NCBI GenBank assembly: GCA_030704615.1
Contig: CM060731.1
Span: 33,232,001-33,296,000 of the forward strand
Origin: Takakia lepidozioides
Taxonomy: Eukaryota; Plantae; Bryophyta
Reading direction: 5' to 3'
DNA: 64,000 bases
Position 1 is the first letter of the stretch; every line of letters starts with the position of its first letter. The notes beneath the pieces are model-generated. The model was not told the DNA's origin. It searched no databases and saw only the letters and a list, made by a program, of their open reading frames with translations. Below, piece by piece: positions 51,401 through 63,719 of this stretch. Both the position numbers and the translations under genes were made by a program.

Positions 51401-54400
51401 GTCTTCAGGAAATGTTTGTCAAATTTTGATGTGGTTGCTTGTTGTTCTACTTTAGATGGTGGGTCCTTGTGGATGTAATCATGTTTCTTTCCTGTCTACA
51501 TGATGCGGCTATTTTCTGAGAATGTTATAAATCACTATTTCATTTTACATGATTTCTTTTTCCTATTTTGTCATTGCCCTGGGGGCCGAGGTTAGAAATA
51601 GTTTCCTCTTCTCTCCCTGCTCCAAGTTGATTTGTGTAGCTGGTTTGTTGAATGACAAGGATAATTTTGGAGCCTCTGCCTACAAAAGACACTCGCATAT
51701 CCTGTCGATATCATAGTATGCAGAACAGACCAATTCAAAGTAATTGGGTTTGCCTACTGGATTTTCCCAAAATTCAAGTGGCCCACTCATCGTTTGGAGC
51801 TGAGGATAAATCGCAAGTTGAAACGACCATCAATTTATTCCAGGGCATCGTACCCAATGAATATGTGGAGAGTTGGAAGGAGAGAGTGCTTACATATCCC
51901 CTGAAATTGTAAGCCTTGGATGGAAGGCCTGGGAATCATTTTCCTGTAAGCCAGTCCATGCTCTCTCTCCCTGTGGGCCTGCTGAAAATTCCTAGATTCT
52001 TTCTTCTATACTTCTTCTTTCGTGGAAAAGGGCAGGAAGATTGGACAAACTGTATACAGAAGCCTCTCTCTTTTGGGTTTTCGTTTTCCCTTTCCCTTGT
52101 AGTTCTTCTTGTGCCAAAGGCCTCTGTACCTCTTTTTGTATCATATCCAACCCTCAGCCTGTAGCTTGAACATGTTGCGCAATGTATAAATGCTCTGGGG
52201 GAAAGTTTTCAAATCATTGCAATTGCTGTCAAGTATTCTTTGTCTATTTGTGGTCCTCTGTGAATGAGATCTGGCTCTTTCCTTCTTAGCAGAGCGACAC
52301 ACACTTTTTAATGGCAGCCGGATTCTCAAAGTGGCTTTGATGGATTTCCGGCATGCCTTTCCTGCCTTTCAAGTCTTTAGGTATGGCAATTGCCTCCAGA
52401 GAAAATTGGTTTGATCATAGGTTTGTACTTTGCAGTGGTGGAACAACAAAGTGTTCTTGTGGTAAGGGTTATGCCATGTAAGTTGAAAGGCATGTTGTTG
52501 TTCGCTAGTGACTAACTTCTACATACATTTGTCTGTTTATTTCGTGCAGGAGAGAGCGGTGAGCGTCGGAAAATTGCGGCACTATTGGCGGATCCAAGTG
52601 CCTCGTAAGAAGGCTCAGCCACCATATCATCGCCTTGCTAATCTCCTCCACACGCAGGTTCTTTTTCATCATCCTGAGCTACAAAAATATGATAGTGGTC
52701 CTTAGTGGGACTTCCTGGAGTCTGAGTGGTGATGCCCCACACTTGGCTGTAAAGTATTTCAACATCCTACATGCTGACCCTGTGCTGCTCTTGAGGCAAG
52801 GAAAGTTGCTCTGGACATTTTATTCACATGAAGAAGGATGTTGGGGAGGTCAGGCATGCCATCAGCTTTTATGGAATGTGTTCTTACATGTGACCACGCT
52901 GATCACGGAGGAATCGAATGCAACAGCTGCTGAGGCACTTGGAGTTACAGCCTTACAAATGATGGGAATAATTCTTTCTGATCTACGGTACCTCCACTTA
53001 ATCTGCACTTGCTCTCTTGCCTCAATGCGAGTAGTTGTGCATTTAGCGGGTCATATTTAGTGTGATTCTCATGAAGAATTGACGTTTTGATTTTGTAGGG
53101 AGGAGCCGTTGAAGCTTCAAAAACTGCAGAGCTGGCAAGCATGCTCTTCATCAACGTTGGCTTCAAATGACATCATTATTAATGTTTATTTGAAGCCCTA
53201 CATTCATCCAGAAACAGGCGTCGTGGAGTGGGGTAGAGCCAACGCAGCAGCCCCAAGCATCTATCAGTTGCTCTTGGAGTTGCAACAAGTTAAAGATAAT
53301 CCTCGTAAGTTGAATATCGAGAAGTCAAGGCTAGCTTGTTTGAGCTGTACCTTGGCACCTGGGCCTGTTATTTTTACTGCAGTGTGTTTGTGCGTCTAAT
53401 TTCTCCTGCGATCAGTCAGACCGATACTCTGTGAAAATGTGGAATGGGTTTGTGTAGAAAATGACTTTCTGGTGAGTGTTGAGGAGTAGTGAATGCTCAG
53501 TGGCAGGGCACAGTCCTCTTTTCCTTGATTTAGGCCGGTGAATATTCATGTGATTGGACCTCCGTCTCCTGGGTGTGTTGTATACTGCAGGACTGGTGGA
53601 CTCTGTTGACCATGTACTAGACCTACTATCCGCATTCTCCACCACCACTTGTTTTGGGGCTGAGCTGAGTGGCAGACAGAAGCAGGTTTCCGTTAAAGCA
53701 CAGGTTTGTTAATCATGTTTACCAATCAAACATAATGTACACTGTCCTCAGGATTGACTAGAAGTTCTTGTGATGTGGTTGTGGTCAAATTGCATGTGGT
53801 TGTTGGGCATTGAAGCTTCATTGTATGTTTATTACAGAATTGCAGAGTTTAGATGACAGTGTATAGAACAGTGAAATTGAGGTCAATTTCCCTAGTCAGA
53901 CAATTCTTTTCTGATTTTGGTTCTGTTATTCAAATTTCCAGGCTCGTTCTGTTACAGGGGAGGATGAACTGCACAGATTCAAGAAACAACGACAGGAAGC
54001 TATTCTTGCTGAATTTGCTGCCAGGTACAGCCTCTGTTTGGGCACTCTTAGAAATTGTTTTGGTTTGTTGTTGATTATACATGCGACACAGCAATCCTTT
54101 TGCTTGTGAAATGTAGGTGACAGTTTAGCCAAGGTTAAATGCGGAAGACTTGTTCCCTCGGATGAGAGTTATGTGAAAGGTCACCTTGTGCAGCTGCCCA
54201 TACCATTTGGATGTGTCGCTCAAATGACTTTTGGACATGGAACGGACTGCATGTGCCTAACCATGTGGTGTAGTTGAAAGAGATTGGCTAAACTCTGGAT
54301 TTCACTGTTGGTTGTAAGGTGGAAGAGAGATGCGCTTACAAAATGGCTCTTGTTGTTAGAAGTTGCATTCAAATTATCTGTTGAATCTGGATGTTGCAAC

Positions 54401-57400
54401 AGGCAAAAAGCTTTCCTGGAGTACCAGCACGACAGTGATGATGATGCCAGTGCACTGGAAGGATCACATGCAGCATGTCAAATAAGTGAGACACGTGCAA
54501 CATCTAACTCAGCAGTTGTGTCCCCTTCAACAACAAGCTCAACAACAACAAACTCAACAGACGTGTCCCCTATGTTCGAAGACAAGAGCATCCTCCTGGG
54601 CCAGGCACATGAGTGTGCTTTCTGTAGGAGCAAGGTATTTTGTCCTCATTGCCTTTGGTTCTTATTACAATCCTCCTCCTTACCTGCTCCATGTTGCTTT
54701 CCCAATGGTTCATGCATGCGAACAATCTCTCAGGTGGTGCCCCAGGATCCCCCCCCATGGAAGTTCTTGTTGTTAATGAGGCACCTCGTCACAGGGCTAT
54801 ATTGGGAGGTTTTAGATGTGGTCTTCTTGCTGTTCTGCTTTATTCTATGTTACCTCATGGACATTGTAAAGTCATTCGATTGAGTCTGATCAATGTGGGA
54901 CACACCTGTCCTGTCTGTGCTGCCCAGGAGGCACCAAGAGTACCCAATGTTTCGTTCTTCTTCTTTCTTTCTTCTTTCTCTTCTTTTATTGCCCTCTATA
55001 CTATAAGATCCGTGGGAGATGCAACTGTCTATTCCGTGGAGCCCAATCTCTCACTGAAGTCTTTTATTATGAGGATCAGAAATGCTTGGCAGCTTGTCTG
55101 CATGAGGCCTTGGCCCTTAGGCAATCTGTCGAGCAGTAGTTGCTTGTGGGCTGCTTTTGGCTGTGGTTTTCTCTCTTCTTTCTTGTTTTTCCCTTTTGTT
55201 CCATGAGCTCTTTAAGCTTTCCGCGGACATTATAAAGTACCATTCATTTCATTTGACCATGCCTTTGTACCTCTCTGCCAAGTCCTCCACACCCCACGTG
55301 AGGACTTAGGTCACCTTTCACCATTTTCGCACGATTAAGACGGACAGAATCACACATCTCATGAGGCTAGGATTTGTTATTTGTATCCCCTGTGCTAGAT
55401 ACAAGGAGATCAGTAGCAGGTAATGCTGACTCTTTAGAGATTCCTCATCCTTGGGGGAGGCCTTCAGTTGTGAGGACACGAGGTGCTTACAGCTTACTGG
55501 ACGGAGACGCTCCATCTCTGATTGTTGCTTGGATTGTGATACATTCTGTTAGTTTCCTCTCGTAGTTCTACACAGTCCGATAGACCTTCTCAGCAACCCA
55601 TGAGCGAAGTAGATTTTTCTTCATATTAATGAAGGAATCAGAAGGAATCAGATCAGAAATGCTTGGCAGCTTACCTGCAGGAGGCATTCACCCTTAGACA
55701 ATCACTCGAACAATAGTTCTTATCTCTATCTCTGGTTTCCTGTTTTCTCTCACTACTGTTTGGGGCAGTAGTGGCCATGGAACTGGATGATTGGGCTGAG
55801 TCCTCTCGCATTCGTGCTGAGGGACAGGCTGGTTTCCGTCGCAACCGATCCACTATTGACCACATCTTCACTCTTGAGGTTATGGTGGAAAGTGCACGCT
55901 ATGACAAAAGAATGGTCTATGTTTGCTTCGTGGACTTTCACAAAGCCTTTGATTCAGTTCCTCAGGACCTTCTCTTCCAACGGCTCCATAGAGTGGAAGT
56001 CCCTCCAGACATCCTTTGTGCCATCTCTTCTATGTATGAGATTGTCACTGGCATGGTCAACGTCGCTGGTGAATTCTCAGCCGAGATCCACAGCAACATT
56101 GGAGTCAAACAGCTGCCTTTCACCTACCCTGTTCGGGATCTACATTGACACCTTGGAGAATTACATATCAAAAAACCATGGGGTTGGGGTACCATTGGAT
56201 GGGGGACCAACAAATCAGATCTCCTCTACGCTGATGATGTTGCCCTTTTGGCACAATCCCCGGTCTTCCTGCAATGCCATCTCAAAATTTTGGAACAGTT
56301 CTGCAAAGACTATGGGATGGTCAATCTTAGCAAGACCAAGATCATGGTCTTCAATGGCCAGGCTGATCGTAGATTCATCTTCAACCAGCAGGAAATTGAG
56401 ATTGTGAAATCATACCAGTACCTGGGTCTGGTTATCCACTCCCCCAAGTTTCACTTTGCAGCCACTGCCTTGGACAGATTGACTAAAGGTAAGGCGGCCT
56501 CCGTCCGCCTTCAGGCCAAATGCAAGCAAATACATCTGCGTCATCCCCCAACCAAAAAGTGGCTGTTTGACACCGTCGTCAGCCCTGCTACCATCTATGG
56601 TTGTGAGTTCTGGGCACCTGGTGTCCCTGTCTCCTGGTGGGAAAAGAATTTGGAACCATTACAGTCATCTCCAAGCAATGCTTGGCGCCAGGTGCACAAC
56701 TCCATCTCAGATCCTAGGTGCAGAGTTCGCATGTGTACCATTGCAATCCGAGGCCCTCTTCCGGCTTACAATCTTTCTCCATAGATTACAGGCCCTTCCA
56801 CCCAAGGGGCTTGTGGCAAGGGCCCTCACAACATCTATGAGGCTCAAAGCTGCAGGTTTCAGGAACTCCTGGTATGCTCGAGTGGACAGTTTATTTCAAC
56901 GTAACGGACTTTCTACTGCTTTCCTATTACCAATGAATCCAGATGAGGTGGACATCACATCCAGACATGACTGCAACAGACTCATTAGGAGAGAGCTTAT
57001 GGAATTACATGTCAAGAGAACTTGGAAGCTACCCACCCAATCTCACGACAAAGCTCCACTTCTATCGAGAGACATTCTTGGTACTCCGCGATGATAGAAT
57101 CTTGAGACCAAATTACCTTTCAGCATCCTTATCTCCTTCCCTCCTGAGGGCATTGGGGCGGTTCAGGGTGGGTTCCCACAACCTACGGATAGAGACTGGC
57201 AGATGGGAAAACCTGCAACGGGAGGACCGCCTATGTCCAGCTTGCATAGGGCGCAGCGAGGAAATGGAAACTGAAAAACACTTCTTCTACTGCCCTCTAT
57301 ACTACGAGATCCGTGGGAGATTCCACTGTTTATTCAGTGGAACCCAAACTCTCACTGATGTCTTCCACTATGAGGATCAAAAATGCTTGGCAGCCTACCT

Positions 57401-60400
57401 CATGAGGCCTTCACCCTTAGACAATCGCTACAACATTAATTGTGGTTTCTGGATTTGTTCCTCTCTCATGTTTTCTTCCATTTTGTCCCATGAGCTCTAT
57501 GAGCTTTCCGCGGACGTTATAAGCACCATTTCATTTCATTTCATTTCATTTCATTTCTCTCATGTTTTTCTTTCCATTTTGTCCCTTAAGCTCTATGAGC
57601 TTTCCACAGACGTTATAAAGCACCATTTCATTTCATTTCTTTCTGTCTTTGCGCCTTAGTGGATAATATATGATCTCTTCACTTCACTGCAAAACGGTTC
57701 TGGTTTGAAATGCTTGGCAGCTACGTTCACCAGGCACTCATGTCTCCATGAATTGAGTCGTGGAGATTTCTAATTCCTTCGTTTCTTTGCTGAGTCTTTC
57801 CATGTGTTAAATCAGTTCTCTCTTGTCATTTTTTTGTTTTACATGTACCTATGGGCCATTATTGCCTCCTGTGGATGTTATAAAATTGCTTTTCTCTGTC
57901 CCCTTCAGGCTTGTCCAGGTCTCCCCATGAACATAGTACATTTCTTTCATGTAATGTCTTTGTTCATGTCTTGTCTCATTTTGGCAGTGCTAGTTTGAGT
58001 TCTTTTCTGTTCTTCGCTCAAATCGTGGAAGATGAGTGGACTTGTTTTGTTATGTAGTGTGCACTTTAGGAGGTCCATGTGCAGCTGGTCCCTCTAACTG
58101 TGAGTGTGGCTTGACAAACAGTGTGATGGGATTGCGTCTCCGACAGGCTGGATCGCCCTGGTGCAGCGGTACAATGTACCAAGCCTCGTAATGCGCCAAG
58201 GAGAGGAGGTCATCAGTTTGGATGAGGCTGAGGCTCTTCCAATTGGTGCTTCCCCTATACAAGGCAGTGGAAGGGGTGATATGGGCGTTTGTGAGACAAA
58301 GCAGTTAGTTACTTTCATGAATGGGTCAGGTTTGCGGGAAGAGTTTTGCCTGGATAACTGTCCAACTGAGCATGTTCGATGCTGTGGCCACCAGGTAGTA
58401 CTGTGTGTGTGGGGGGGTGTGTTTGTGTTGGAGAGAGGAGTATTTGGCACACATGTGTTCCTTTCTGGTTCATGCAAATGTGGAAGATAAATGTTGATAT
58501 ATTGACAGTATAACGGAAGTGATTACTTCTTAACAAGGTTGGATTTGTGCTAAAGTCTCAGAGCAGGGGCCCATCAATATGAGAAGTTGTAGCAGTGTTG
58601 GAACTGAAATGGTTTTCTACAAGCAATGCCAGTCACCATTGTATCTTTCCATTGTGTTAAGTTTCTTCATAGGAGGTCTTTTCTCTGGAGGAAGTGTATC
58701 ATATTTTGGAGCTCTCACACGCTGATGTGCATTCCCTTGGATATCTTTGTAGATGCATGTAGCATGCTTCCAACGTTATGCTGGTTCTCTTCTTAAACGG
58801 CACTTTGGCTTCTCTACTTATGAAGGTAGTTATGAAGCGTGACTGTTTGACGATTTTGCACCGACTCATTGCTAGTTTTGCTCCTGCCTTACGTCTGCCA
58901 CAGTACAGAACAGTTTGATGTGCAAGGGAACATATTAGGTGTGATGTCCTGTTTTCTTTCTGTATGTTTCCTGTGTTTCTATCCTTCATCAGGTTGTTCA
59001 TGATATCTGTCTGATCATAGATTTCTTAGGCCACATAATTGTTTTCATATAACCTTGTCTACCTTCGTAGAATTCAACTTTATCAAGACCAGCATGACTA
59101 TATTCCTTGAGTCCCTAGTACAGCACAGAATTATTATGTAGTTAACACTTGGCATAATCATCCTAGCAATCTCACAGATGCCCACCTACCAGGCATTGCT
59201 GTTGAGAGACTAATGACAGCAATGCCTTACTGGTGAAGCTGTTGTGATTGGATTCTGGGTGGTCAGGAAAAGGTATCATAGACCTCTCAAAAATGGACTT
59301 CCTCTGCCCAATCTGTCGCCGCCTAGCAAATGTGTTACTACCCCATGTGGATGCCTCAATCCTGAAGATGACAGATACACAAGTGGAGGGAAAGGAGGTG
59401 GACGAATCAGGGAAAAATTGGGAAAGTTTCTGGCAACTTCATCAGATTCTAGCAGAAGCAATTGAGCTTTTTGCTCGTCAGGTATCTACAGCTCCTTGTG
59501 CTTTCTGTGCTTAATCCTGTACGGTGGTGTCCAATAAACAAGTCCTTAGAGTCTGTGATTTGCGCCATGATAAAGAGTTAGATCTTTCAAGACCTTCGAA
59601 CCAATAGGTCATTTTTATTTGTTGACCTAAACAAATCGGTCTACCTCCGTTTGCCTTTAAATTTTCATTACGTTTTCTGTCCATGGAGCAGAGTTTAAGG
59701 GTGAGAAGCAACTTTCCTCAAGAACCGGAAATGGAGGGCCTGTCAAGCTGCTGGGTGAGTGCAAAGGCACCCTTGGAAGAAATGAAATGAAATGAAATGG
59801 TGCTTTGTCCGCGGAAAGCTCATAGAGCTTATGGGACAAAATGGAAAGAAAAACATGAGAAAGAGGACAAGGCTTTTAAAGCTTTGTTTTTTCCTAACTT
59901 CAAATTCGTGAGATGTTTTGATATCTGCTGTGCAATGCAGGCATTGGTTGCATGTATAGGGGGTTTTGCAGATTGCTGAACGGTCTGATTTTGTTTGATG
60001 ATTAAGCAGTCCTAATTTTAATCCACTTTTTCTTCTTTTTTGAGTGGTACAGGTTGTCGCTCACTTGTTTGGCTTGCCCTCCTTTTCTCTTGAGCCATGA
60101 GAGAAGTGAATAGTAAGAAAGCTGTGTCTGAACTCTTCAGAAGTTACACAAAGAAAAGGATTTGATGGAAGTCATCAAAAGCAAGAAAATTGCAAAATGG
60201 CAAAATAACTCCCCAAACAAACTGGTGCGCCCGTCCAGGTGCTTTGGGAGGTGCTTGCAGCAAATATAATCCACACCGAAGTGGAGACGAGGGAAGATTT
60301 GACGGAAGTTGCATCATCTTCCACTGCGCCAATTCAGCTTGCTGATGAGCACATGTGGGGAGGAGACCCAGCCCATTGGATAGCCCTACGGGAGCTGGGC

Positions 60401-62577
60401 AAATTGGCGATGCTTGCCAATACAATGTGTTGTGGAGGTGGGTGGTCTGCGTTTGCTGCTTTGAGAGGAGACTGTCTTGTACAGTGTTCTGGTCAGGTGC
60501 TTAAAAGCTTACTGCAATTCACTTCCTGTCTTATCATGTCACACTTGCCTTGCCCTGTCTGTTTTATGTTAAGCCTTAGCACTTATCCAAGGAGATATGT
60601 TGAGCATGACATTTTGTATGAAATTTGAGAAACTAGCCTCTTTCTTTGGGAGCAAAGGAATGTTTCAAATGAGGTTTCTCCAACAGACTTCCAACACTGA
60701 GAAACTAGCCTCTCTCTGTGGGATCTCTATGGTTTTAAGTGAAGTTTCCACAACCAACAAACACTGGATCCTACCACATGCTGGTCAGAGATGGAGTGCC
60801 TCATGCAGGTAGGTGCTTAGCACTTGGGAGACATCTCATCTTCTGTGAAGAGCAAAAACATGACTGCATAAGTGGTGACACTGGACACTATTTTGAGCTC
60901 ACAACCGAACTCCATGGATATGTCCGTAGGCTATCAGCTGGGATAACATGGGCTAGCATGAGAGTCAGACAATCATCTTTCCAGTTGTACCAGTCCAGCA
61001 AAGTGTACGTTTACTCTAAGATCACAAGTCTTTATGCTCCATTGCAGCACAAGGAAGGCAGTCGATGACCTCATTGCTACAACATGAGCTCAAAGTGTTG
61101 AGGGACCACATCTGCAATCAGCAAGAGGATGGACTCCTTATTACCAGTCAGGATGTATCATGGAACCCTGTGCAGGACAGGTTTCTGCTTGACGCTAGTA
61201 GTGACCTATGGTCAACCTTTCAAGACATTTTTGGCTCGCAGCTGCAAGGAGCTGGTGAGAAAGCGGAGGACAAAGATAGTGAGGATGTTGAGGTGAACTG
61301 TGAACAGGACAGGACTTCACAAAGGGGAGTGTTGGATGGGGTGAATACAAGTGGTTTGCCAACTGCCTGCAGGGAGGCATCAAGAATTGAAGATGTTTCT
61401 CTCTGGCCTATGCCATCTATGCAGGAAGCAAGGGGCATGGCCAGTGGTAATAAAGCCGGACAACTGGATGAGACTGCAGGCAAGCTAAGGCAGGGCATAT
61501 TTCCCTCGCAGCACGCAGGTGATGATGTATCGATGGAGGAAGTATGTAGTGAGTGTGATGAGGAAGACACTGAGTTTGATAGGCCTGCAGCAAGGGTTGA
61601 TGTGAATGGTCCAAATACAAGTGGCTCACTGACTGCCAATAGGGAGGAAACAAGAAATGAAGATGATACAACTCAGCCATCCAACAGACCTCCCATGTCA
61701 TCCTTGCATGGAGCAAGGGGGATGGCCAGCAACAGGGCACCAGCTGATGAGACTGTAGGCAAGCTTGGGTGTGCCCTAGTGGGAGGGTTGGCCCCATTGC
61801 AAGTCACACTGGAGGAGGAGGTTTGCAGTGAGGACAGTGAGGAAGGCTATGAAATTGAGAGGCCTGCTGCAGCAAGGGCCGTTGTGAGTGATTCAAATAC
61901 AAGTGATCCAATTGCTGACACTGAGGAAACAAAACACATAATTCTCTGGCCCTCTAACACACCTCCCATGCCGTCCATGCAGGGAGCACAAGATATGGCT
62001 ATGACTGATAGGGTGGATGAGGCTACGGGTAAACTGATTTGTGAGCCATTGCCTTCTCAGTGCAAGGCTGATAGGGTTTCAAAGAAGGGCAGCCAAAGAG
62101 AGATGGTGAAGGACTTAAAGGAGTGGACTTCAAAGATTTTGAAGGATGGTTTGCTTGCAGCTGACCCATTTGGGCTTCTTATTGTGCTCTTACTTGTGAG
62201 TACTGCTCTTGTGTTCGATGTATTTGCTTATCACTATCCAAAAGCAGGTAAAAGAGAAAAAGTAAGTGAATTTTTGATGTCTGCATCTCAATACCACTTC
62301 TGAGTAAATCTTAGACCTTTGTCGTTATATTGAGTTGTCTCTCTGAGTTTAAAGACCTGGCATTTTGTCACACTTGTTCGGTTGGTCCAGGCATTTCAGG
62401 GGTTGCCCAAGCTCCAGCAGATTCTATCCATGGTGAAGATTGCCTACATAGTCGCGGTCACCCAGACATCAACAGCATGTGAGAAACTATTAGCGAAATT
62501 GCTGGACCAAGACAAGTGCCTTAAATCTGTCATCCAGGAGGCATGCCTTCCCTTCCTGCGTAGGGCAGCTATGCTGG
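30447..62577 (+). CDS. UBR-box/RING E3 ubiquitin ligase (N-recognin, UBR/PRT6 family), multi-exon, continues beyond the window; true start may lie further upstream
   Basis: The UBR box is spliced in phase from 30447-30649, 32559-32611, 33046-33112, 34430-34509: CTTVWTRGTIAYRCRNCQINDSSAICVNCFQAGKHQSHEYVMYHSESGGCCDCGDRDAWKEEGFCKEH. Further exons: 35828-35902, ~36721-36877, ~37270-37384 (MVQLFNVP), ~38614, ~39148 (WMNP), ~39394, 41106-41156 (MEHPLHIAVWMAQ), 41534-41616 (GEWRGN), 48655- (DMDILLLQ), ~49879 (YDVIQWLCVRDQTYSQ, winged helix), ~50752 (GFYRLRAECWEEFDPLFAHF), ~52550, ~52854, ~53958 (KQRQEAILAEFAAR), ~54402 (ECAFC), ~58100-58394 (RCCGHQ), ~58753 (MHVACF), ~59268 (FLCPICRRLANVLLP, RING), ~60239, ~61048-62207, ~62391-62577 (PFLRRAAML). 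Confidence 0.9.
34160..34385 (-). mobile_element. tRNA-derived SINE in UBR intron 3
   Basis: Minus strand A box TAGCTCAGTTGG (34373-34362) and B box GGGTCAAATCC, followed by an unrelated body and an A/T-rich tail. Confidence 0.6.
40797..41067 (+). mobile_element. 5'-truncated LINE family A copy (271 bp) with 16-bp TSD
   Basis: TSD TCTTTCAGGCACCCTT at 40781-40796 and 41068-41083; essentially identical to the 3' end of the long element (44790-45062, opposite strand). Confidence 0.93.
42720..43090 (-). mobile_element. Diverged LINE family A 3' fragments
   Basis: Encodes ..LFTNFENHEAEPK..AQTGHGVNGHKATANNVL followed by a second partial KATGNNIL end. Confidence 0.75.
43090..44480 (-). mobile_element. 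Head-to-tail array of three 5'-truncated RTEX-like (family B) copies
   Basis: Three units, each starting near RELMELHV and containing ALGRFRVGSHNLRIETGRW; (GAAAT)n tails at ~43368-43384 and ~43951-43966. Confidence 0.85.
44481..44768 (-). mobile_element. 5'-truncated LINE family A copy, tandem to the long element
   Basis: Near-identical duplicate of 44790-45062. Confidence 0.9.
44790..48280 (-). mobile_element. LINE family A (APE endonuclease + RT + C-terminal CCHC), internally deleted and frameshifted
   Basis: APE motifs LATFNFSGL, AGQETW, VYMPT, LLGDFNARV, SIVDYI, TSDHFLV (46453-47531). RT motifs QAGFR, FLDVKKAYDTV, GVAQGCTLSPLLF, MFADD (45463-46125). C-terminal CPLCGQSEDSIHFLIHC (44797-45309). 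ORF1-like remnant 47769-48266. Confidence 0.92.
47542..47940 (-). repeat. ~141-bp tandem repeat x3 in the LINE A ORF1/ORF2 junction
   Basis: TACCCC(A/G)TG anchor at 47551, 47692, 47832; each unit encodes FGTLNGLPILKVYTRR. Confidence 0.85.
49430..49590 (+). mobile_element. Short RTEX-like family B 3' end
   Basis: CCCATAAGCTCTATGAGCTTTCC..GACGTTATAAAGCAC + (CATTT)n. Confidence 0.8.
54950..55255 (+). mobile_element. 5'-truncated RTEX-like family B copy
   Basis: Matches 57280-57550, including the 3' hairpin and CATTT tail. Confidence 0.8.
55753..57553 (+). mobile_element. RTEX-like non-LTR retrotransposon (family B), 5'-truncated, frameshifted, nested in an older copy of itself
   Basis: RT QAGFRRNRSTIDHIF, FVDFHKAFDSV, GVKQ..LSPTLFGIYID, LLYADD; C-terminal RFRVGSHNLRIETGRW..CPAC..ETEKHFFYC; (CATTT)n tail. 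TSD TTTCTCTCA at 55744-55752 and 57554-57562; flanks 55655-55752 and 57554-57640 are the two halves of one family-B 3' end. Confidence 0.9.
59778..59870 (-). mobile_element. Minimal RTEX-like family B 3' end
   Basis: (GAAAT)n + GCGGAAAGCTCATAGAGCTTATGGGACAAAATGG. Confidence 0.8.
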
Positions 62578-62954
62578 TACATTTCTCTCCCTCTGGACAT
62601 TATACGTTGCTACATTATACATTATCACTGCTTTCTTCTATTTTCTTTCTCTCACTTTTTTCACTTGTGTCCCCTAGCTGGTTTGGCCTCTCATATGTCA
62701 TTCATGCTTTTGCTTGAGACCTAACTCTTTGGGCCTACGAAGTTCCGTTTTTTCTTCTTCTGTCTTTCTGGCTTTTCAAAACCAATGTCTGATGTTAAAA
62801 TATCTCTCCCAGACTTCTGGGACATAATAAACTCCTTATCCTTGTGAAGCTTGGGCTCTTTGGCACAGCAGACATGGTGAGTTCCTTTTTTTTTCTTCTT
62901 TCGATTTGTGTTTGTGGTCCCTCTCTCTTTCTTGTGTCTTTCTTCCTCTAGAAG

Positions 62955-63340
62955 AAAGAACACTTCTTCTTCTATTGCCCTCTATACTACGAGATCCGTG
63001 GGAGATTCCACTGTTTATTCCATGGAACCCAATCTCTCACTGAAGTCTTCCACTATGTGGATCAGAAATGCTTGGCAGCATACCTGCACGAGGCCATCAC
63101 CCTTAGACAATCACTCGAACAATAGTTCTTATCTTGGCTTTGGTTTTGTTTCCTCTCTCATGTTTTCTTCCATTTTGTCCCATAAGCTCTATGAGCTTTC
63201 TGCGGACGTTATAAAGCACCATTTCATTTCATTTCATTTCCTCTTGTCCCATAACCACTTTGGGCCTCCCGCGGACGTTATAAAGTACCATTTCATTTCA
63301 TTTCCCGTTTTTTGTCCCATAAGCTCTTTGAGCTTTCTGA
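62955..63340 (+). mobile_element. 5'-truncated RTEX-like family B copy with duplicated 3' ends
   Basis: Matches the family B 3' region; CATTT tails at ~63220 and ~63290. Confidence 0.85.
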
Positions 63341-63719
63341 GGCATCACTTCATGTATCCTGAGATGGTCATTTGTTTGTTCTACCCTGTCCCATGGGCCC
63401 TCATGGCCCTCTGTGGACGTTACTTTCTTGTCTTCCTGTCTCTATCTGCTTTACAAGTTGGCAATGTGCTGGTCTTCAACAGACCACAAGCCCATATGTT
63501 GGATCACCACTTCTTCCCTCTGGGATAGAAATAGAATTGCAGAATCCTTCAGATATCTGGCAATGCTGTTGACAGACTGAGCAAGGGTTCAGCTGTGTCT
63601 CCTGTCCTAGAAACAGTAGCAAAAAATCTAGAAAGAAAAAAAGGAAAAATGCAGTACATCCAGGAGAGGCCGAAAGGGTGTACAGGACCGTAGAACCATT
63701 TACATGCCAAACATTGCAG

